Of a stretch of 64,000 bases of DNA, positions 58,301-64,000 are shown in pieces (position 1 is the first letter of the stretch; each line of letters starts with the position of its first letter). The position numbers were made by a program, and so were the translations under genes. The stretch is from Macrostomum lignano (Eukaryota). Under the pieces are notes generated by a model. It saw nothing but the letters and a program-made list of their open reading frames with translations, had not been told where the DNA came from and did not search any database. The stretch spans positions 186,001 through 250,000 of the forward strand of contig NIVC01000735.1 of the NCBI GenBank assembly GCA_002269645.1. Reading direction: 5' to 3'.

Positions 58301-61300
58301 CATAGATTGACAGATTTGCATAGATTGACAGATTTGCATAGAGTGACAGATTTGCAGATTGACAGATTTGCATAGATTGACAGATTTGCATAGATTGACA
58401 GATTTGCATAGATTGACAGATTTGCATAGATTGGCAGATTTGCATAGAGTGACAGATTTGCAGATTGACAGATTTGCAGATTGACAGATTTGCATAGATT
58501 GACAGATTTGCAGATTGACAGATTTGCATAGATTGACAGATTTGCAGATTGACAGATTTGCATAGATTGACAGATTTGCATAGATTGACAGATTTGCATA
58601 GATTGACAGATTTGCATAGATTGACAGATTTGCATAGATTGACAGATTTGCAGATTGACAGATTTGCATAGATTGACAGATTTGCATAGATTGACAGATT
58701 TGCATAGATTGACAGATTTGCATAGAGTGACAGATTTGCATAGAGTGACAGATTTGCATAGAGTGACAGATTTGCATAGTGACAGATTGCATAGATTGAC
58801 AGATTTGCAATGTGACAGATTTGCAGAGTAACGGATTTGCATAGAGTGACACGTCTTGGGATCGGAGTGCCAGGCGAGTGACAGGCGCACCGGCAATCCG
58901 CTCACTCCAGGCCCGCGCCCCTAAGAGCATCGTGATCGCCATCGGGCAGAACCTGCCGCCCGGCGAGGAGTTCTCGGTGGACGAGCTCGTGTCCAAGTGG
59001 CGGTCCGAGCTGGACCGGACGCCCGGCTACCCCACCGTTGTGGAGTTCCTCACCCTGGCCGAGAAGCCGGACGACCAGGCGATCGCCAGGCTGCGCTGGA
59101 CGGTGCTGAAGTGGTCGCTGGAGGTGCCCTGCCCGGACGATGTCAAGCGAGGCCGCGTGATCGGCCGTCAGCTGCCGATGTTCTTCATCAACGCCATGGA
59201 GCTCGTGGTGCAGCGCTTCGAGGCCATCCAGGGCTGCCACAGCGCCCAGAGGTGACGGGGGGGCCTGGCACCGGAAATGGAGACTTCCGGTGGGGTGTCT
59301 GCATGATGGGGACTTCCGGTGGGGTGTCTGCATGATGGGGACTTCCGGTGGGGTGTCTGCCTGATGGGGACTTCCGGTTGGGTGTCTGCATGATGGGGAC
59401 TTCCGGTGGGGTGTCTGCATGATGGGGACTTCTGGTGGGGTGTCTGCATGATGGGGACTTCCGGTGGGGTGTCTGCATGATGGGGACTTCCGGTGGGGTG
59501 TCTGCATGATGAAGACTTCCGGTTGGGTGTCTGCCTGATGGGGACTTCCGGTGGGGTGTCTGCATGATGGAGACTTCTAGTGGGGTGTCTGCCTGATCTA
59601 GAGAGGGAGGTGAGGACTTCAGGAGGGGATCATCATGCCTACGAGCAACCTGTTCTAGAGCCGGAACTGGGACTTGTTGGAGTCTGAAAGTCTCTTGCTG
59701 CTTTTGTCATGCCCTTGAAAATCGAGTTATCCCTACCTGGCTTTTCTCCCACCAGATATGTGCCGCTCATCACTGAGGACGAAATGCTGGAGCTGCTGAA
59801 AGAGGCCGCCAAAAACTGCGAGGTTCCAAGCCAGGCGTTTGAGAAAGGTGCGGATTTGAAGTTGATCTCGGGATTTGGGAGTTAAATTTAGGATTTATGA
59901 GTTAATCTTGAGATTTAAGAGTTAATCTCGGGATTTAAGAGTTAATCTTGGGATTTGGGAGTTAAACTTGGGATTTGGGAATTAATCTCGGTATTTAAGA
60001 GTTATCTTGGGATTTAGGAGTTAATCTTGAGATTTAGAAGTCAATCTCAGGATTTGAGAGTTAAACTTAGGATTTATGAGTTAATCTTGGGATTTAAGAG
60101 TTCATCTCGGGATTTAAGAGTTAATCTCGGGATTTAAGAGTTATCTTGGGATTTGGGAGTTAATCTCGGGATTTGGGAGTTAATCTTGGGATTTGGAAGT
60201 TAATCTTGGGATTTGGGAGTTAAACTTAGGATTTAAGAGTTAATCTCGGGATTTAAGAGTTCATCTCGGGATTTAAGAGTTATCTTGGGATTTGGGAGTT
60301 AATCTTGGGATTTGGGAATTAATCTCTGGATTTTGGAGTTAATCTCGGGATTTATGAGTTAATCTTGAGATTTAAGAGTTAATCTCGGGATTTAAGAGTT
60401 AATCTCGGGATTTAAGAGTTATCTTGGGATTTGGGAGTTAATCTCGGGATTTGGGAGTTAATCTTGGGATTTGGAAGTTAATCTTGGGATTTGGGAGTTA
60501 AACTTAGGATTTAAGAGTTAATCTCGGGATTTAAGAGTTCATCTCGGGATTTAAGAGTTATCTTGGGATTTGGGAGTTAATCTTGGGATTTGGGAATTAA
60601 TCTCTGGATTTTGGAGTTAATCTCGGGATTTATGAGTTAATCTTGAGATTTAAGAGTTAATCTCGGGATTTAAGAGTTAATCTCGGGATTTAAGAGTTAT
60701 CTTGGGATTTGGGAGTTAATCTCGGGATTTGGGAGTTAATCTTGGGATTTGGAAGTTAATCTTGGGATTTGGGAGTTAAACTTAGGATTTAAGAGTTAAT
60801 CTCGGGATTTAAGAGTTCATCTCGGGATTTAAGAGTTATCTTGGGATTTGGGAGTTAATCTTGGGATTTGGGAATTAATCTCTGGATTTTGGAGTTAATC
60901 TCGGGATTTAAGAGTTAATCTCGGGATTTAAGAGTTAATCTCGGGATTTAAGAGTTAATCTCGGGATTTGGGAGTTAAACTTGGGATTTGGGAATTAATC
61001 TCGGTATTTAAGAGTTATCTTGGGATTTGGGAGTTAATCTCGGGATTTAAGAGTTATCTTGGGATTTGGGAATTAATCTCGGGATTTGGGAGTTAATCTC
61101 GGGATTTAAGAGTTAATCTCGGGATTTAAGAGTCAATCTCGGGATTTGGGAGTTAATCTTGGCATTTGGTACTTGAATTATATAATTTTTAGATTCATAT
61201 TTTCTCTGCCATTTAATCAGGCTTTTAAAGCATCACTTTGATAATCCAAATCCCAAAATCATCCGCAGCCATCGACTTCATGCACGAGCTGGGCCTGCTG

Positions 61301-63443
61301 CTGCACATCCGCGGCGACTTCAATCCCTCCCTGTTCTGCCCAGACGCGGAGTGGTTCCTCTTCGTGCTGCAGTCGGTGGTTCTGTTCAAGAGCACGGTGA
61401 GTCAGCCGTCTGCCTGGCAATAATGATAATGGTGTTCGCAAGGGGGCTGCGGCACCCACTGGGCAATATCTCATGCGCAAGCCACAAATTACCGGTAATG
61501 TGGCTGAGCACGGAATCTGTAAATCTTTTTATTCGAATGTACATTGCCGAGCTGCCCGCCCCGCCAGGCCACGCTGTCGCAGCGCGGCGAGCTGCAGATC
61601 AGCCAGCTGAAACGATTCCTCACCGCCGACCTGGAGATGCCGGAGAGCCACACCGACACCTTCCTGCACCTCTTTCACGACCTCAACATCTGCCACAAAC
61701 TCAACGATAAGACGTGAGCGAGATGCTCTTTCTGGGATTGCTAGTGCCTGCACTTTTGCCTCCCCAGCACGAATAAGCCCTCTCCGCCACAGATCTAGAC
61801 CCCCGCCACAGATCTAGACCCCCGCCACAGATCTAGACCCCCCGCCACACATCTACTCGTAGACCACCTCCACCACAGATCTAGACCCCCTCCACCACAG
61901 ATCTAGACCCCCTCCACCACAGATCTAGACCCCCTTTACCACAGATCTAGACCCCCTCTGCCACAGATCTAGACCCCCGCCACAGATCTAGACCCTCCAC
62001 CACAGATCTAGACCCCCCGCCACAGATCTAGACCCCCTCCACCACAGATCTAGATCCCCTCCGCCACACATCTACTCGTAGACCACCTCCACCACAGATC
62101 TAGACCCCCCGCCACAGATCTAGACCCCCGCCACAGATCTAGACCCCCTCCACCACAGATCTAGACCCCCGCCACAGATCTAGACCCCCTCCACCACAGA
62201 TCTAGACCCCCGCCACAGATCTAGACCACCTCCACCACAGATCTAGACCTCCTCCACCACAGATCTAGACCCCCTCCACCACAGATCTAGACCCCCCGCC
62301 ACAGATCTAGACCCCCCGCCACAGATCTAGACCCCCTCCACCACAGATCTAGACCCCCGCCACAGATCTAGACCCCCTCCACCACAGATCTAGACCCCCG
62401 CCACAGATCTAGACCACCTCCACCACAGATCTAGACCTCCTCCACCACAGATCTAGACCACCTCCACCACAGATCTAGACCCCCCGCCACAGATCTAGAC
62501 CCCCTCCACCTTAGATCTAGAACCCCCTGCGCCACAGATCTAAATCTCCTTTCCATCATGTCTAGACCCTTCTTTTCACACCTAAGTTTATCTTCTCTTC
62601 AAATCTAAATCTACCACTTCTTAGATCTAGACTTCTCCCAGTCCCAGATCTAGACCTCTCCCGATGCCAGATCTAGACCTCTGCCGATGCCAGATCTAGA
62701 CCCATTCCGGTCCCAGATCTAGACCTCCTGTCATGCTGCCAGCTCAGGTGGCAAACTTGATTTAATAATATTTCTCATTCCAGCCTGCTGTTCCCCAACG
62801 ACCTGGCCGAGCGCCCGACCGAGCCGCTGGACCCGGAGTACGTGCCGCGCGAGTCCCTGCAGCCTTGCCGCGCCCTGCTCCGCGTGTACCGCTTCCCCTA
62901 CTTCCCTCCCGGTCTCTGGCCCCGCCTGGCCGCCCGCCTGCATGCCACCGTGGCCGACCTGAAGGAGCGCGCCCGCTTCTTCTACGCCGGCAATCGGCGC
63001 CGCGACCAGCCGCGGCTGCTCGCCGACAGCCCAGCGCGGCCTCCCGGCTGCTGTACTCCTCCTCCATCGGGGCGGCCGACTCCGTCCAGATTCTCAGCCG
63101 GAGCAGCCGCTCGCTCGGCGGCTGGGAGCGCGAGCTGCTCGGCAAGCGGACCAGCATCTGCTGCTGGCGCCGCGGCTTCATGGTGAAGCACGACGACGGC
63201 CGGTTCGGCATCCAGCTGGGCGACAGCGGCGTGGAGCTGGAGCTGTGCGTGCTCAGCCAGAGCAGGAACTTCGCCCCGATCGGTCTGCTGGTTGACGAGG
63301 TCGACCTGCTGCTGGACACCTGGTTCCCCGGCCTGGCCAGCTTCGAGGAGGACGGCTACGCCGACGTAGCCGAGGATGACGGCGAGAGCAACGCCGATGA
63401 AGGGCTGGTCGGCGGCGCGACTAGCGGGCTGATGCGCCGGCTG
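48828..63443 (+). CDS. LRRK-like ROCO protein (ANK-LRR-degenerate ROC-COR), 3'-truncated; two 1-nt frameshifts
   Basis: join(48828..48846,49079..49352,51153..51859,51950..52232,52663..52804,53017..53207,53500..53615,54153..54265,54494..54591,55204..55530,55657..55869,58911..59251,59756..59847,61269..61396,61568..61713,62784..63443). Ankyrin SPLCIAAR|[11 protein letters not shown]; LRRs LxxLDLSxNxL; ROC remnants [37 protein letters not shown]; [16 protein letters not shown] and [12 protein letters not shown]. Phases fit once 1 nt is added in exons 3 and 16. Confidence 0.88.
49357..50315. repeat. 21-bp minisatellite (~45 copies)
   Basis: ctcagctgctggatctgtgtg. Confidence 0.97.
50636..51130. 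repeat. Two adjacent minisatellites: 16-bp (~15 copies) then 21-bp (~11 copies)
   Basis: gggctagtgctcaggt to ~50895, then ggactgtggatatttacacct. Confidence 0.94.
53238..53412. repeat. 78-bp tandem duplication (~2.2 copies)
   Basis: gctactgttagtaggctg... starts at 53238, 53316 and 53394. Confidence 0.92.
53625..54137. repeat. (ACTC)n microsatellite filling the intron
   Basis: actc/actt run from just after the donor at 53616 to near the acceptor at 54152. Confidence 0.96.
54690..55143. repeat. 16-bp minisatellite
   Basis: gggatttttagaggat. Confidence 0.92.
55912..58850. repeat. 16/18-bp minisatellite (~170 units)
   Basis: gacagatttgcatagatt / gacagatttgcagatt / gacagatttgcagagt. Confidence 0.98.
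59275..59595. repeat. 29-bp minisatellite (~11 copies)
   Basis: gatggggacttccggtggggtgtctgcat. Confidence 0.95.
59862..61165. repeat. 20-bp minisatellite with a 278-bp higher-order repeat
   Basis: gagttaatctcgggatttaa; the variant aatctctggattttgg recurs at 60321, 60599 and 60877. Confidence 0.95.
61783..62730. repeat. 20-22-bp minisatellite with AGATCTAGA core
   Basis: ccacagatctagaccccccg, decaying after ~62525. Confidence 0.94.
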
Positions 63444-63454
63444 GTGAGTGGATA

Positions 63455-64000
63455 GGGTAGAAATCTTTGGGTAAACTGTAGAAATCTGTGGGTAAACTGT
63501 AGAAATCTGTGGGTAAACTGTAGAAATCTGTGGGTAAACTGTAGAAATCTGTGGGTAAACTGTAGAAATCTGTGGGTAAACTGTAGAAATCTGTGGGTAA
63601 ACTGTAGAAATCTGTGGGTAAACTGTAGAAATCTGTGGGTAAACTTTAGAAATCTGTGGGTAAACTGTAGAAATCTGAGGGTAAACTGTAGAAATCTGTG
63701 GGTAAACTGTAGAAATATGTGGGTAAACTGTAGAAATCTGTGGGTAAACTGTAGAAATCTGTGGGTAAACTGTAGAAATCTGTGGGTAAACTTTAGAAAT
63801 CTGTGGGTAAACTGTAGAAATCTGAGGGTAAACTGTAGAAATCTGAGGGTAAACTGTAGAAATATGTGGGTAAACTGTAGAAATCTGTGGGTAAAATGTA
63901 GAAATCTGTGGGTAAACTGTAGAAATCTGTGGGTAAACTGTAGAAATCTGTGGGTAAACTTTAGAAATCTGTGGGTAAACTGTAGAAATCTGTGGGTAAA
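63455..64000. repeat. 21-bp minisatellite (runs off the window)
   Basis: gggtaaactgtagaaatctgt. Confidence 0.96.

Noticed and set aside
55902-58996. 875-1028-aa minus-strand ORFs ([12 protein letters not shown] repeats)
   Set aside because: Reverse-strand read-through of the 16/18-bp array; no codon or domain signal.

Overview
Eukaryotic (metazoan) genomic DNA with GC3-rich exons, GT-AG introns and an extreme density of intronic mini/microsatellites. The style suggests a Macrostomum-type flatworm, but that is inference only. Seven gene models, all on the + strand, were rebuilt by hand with exon phases checked. (1) The 3' part of a filamin gene: 15 constitutive exons, 1571-32361, 22 Ig-like repeats, actin-binding domain upstream of the window. 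It also carries candidate in-frame cassette exons and a candidate internal promoter for a ~870-aa C-terminal isoform. (2) A two-exon orphan of ~259 aa. (3) A four-exon SLC10 sodium/bile-acid symporter family gene. (4) An intronless 353-aa orphan. (5,6) A tandem pair of retinol-dehydrogenase-like SDRs; the first has lost its splice acceptor through a 44-nt deletion. (7) A 16-exon (truncated) LRRK-like ROCO gene (ANK-LRR-ROC-COR) whose ROC domain lacks the G1, G3 and G4 GTP-binding motifs and which has two 1-nt frameshifts, probably assembly indels. About 35 distinct tandem arrays are present, nearly one private unit per intron; several begin at splice sites and several carry canonical TF motifs. 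A 615-bp Mutator/Foldback-like MITE with a 9-bp TSD sits inside one array. Most long ORFs in the supplied track are repeat artefacts. No rRNA, tRNA or CRISPR was seen.
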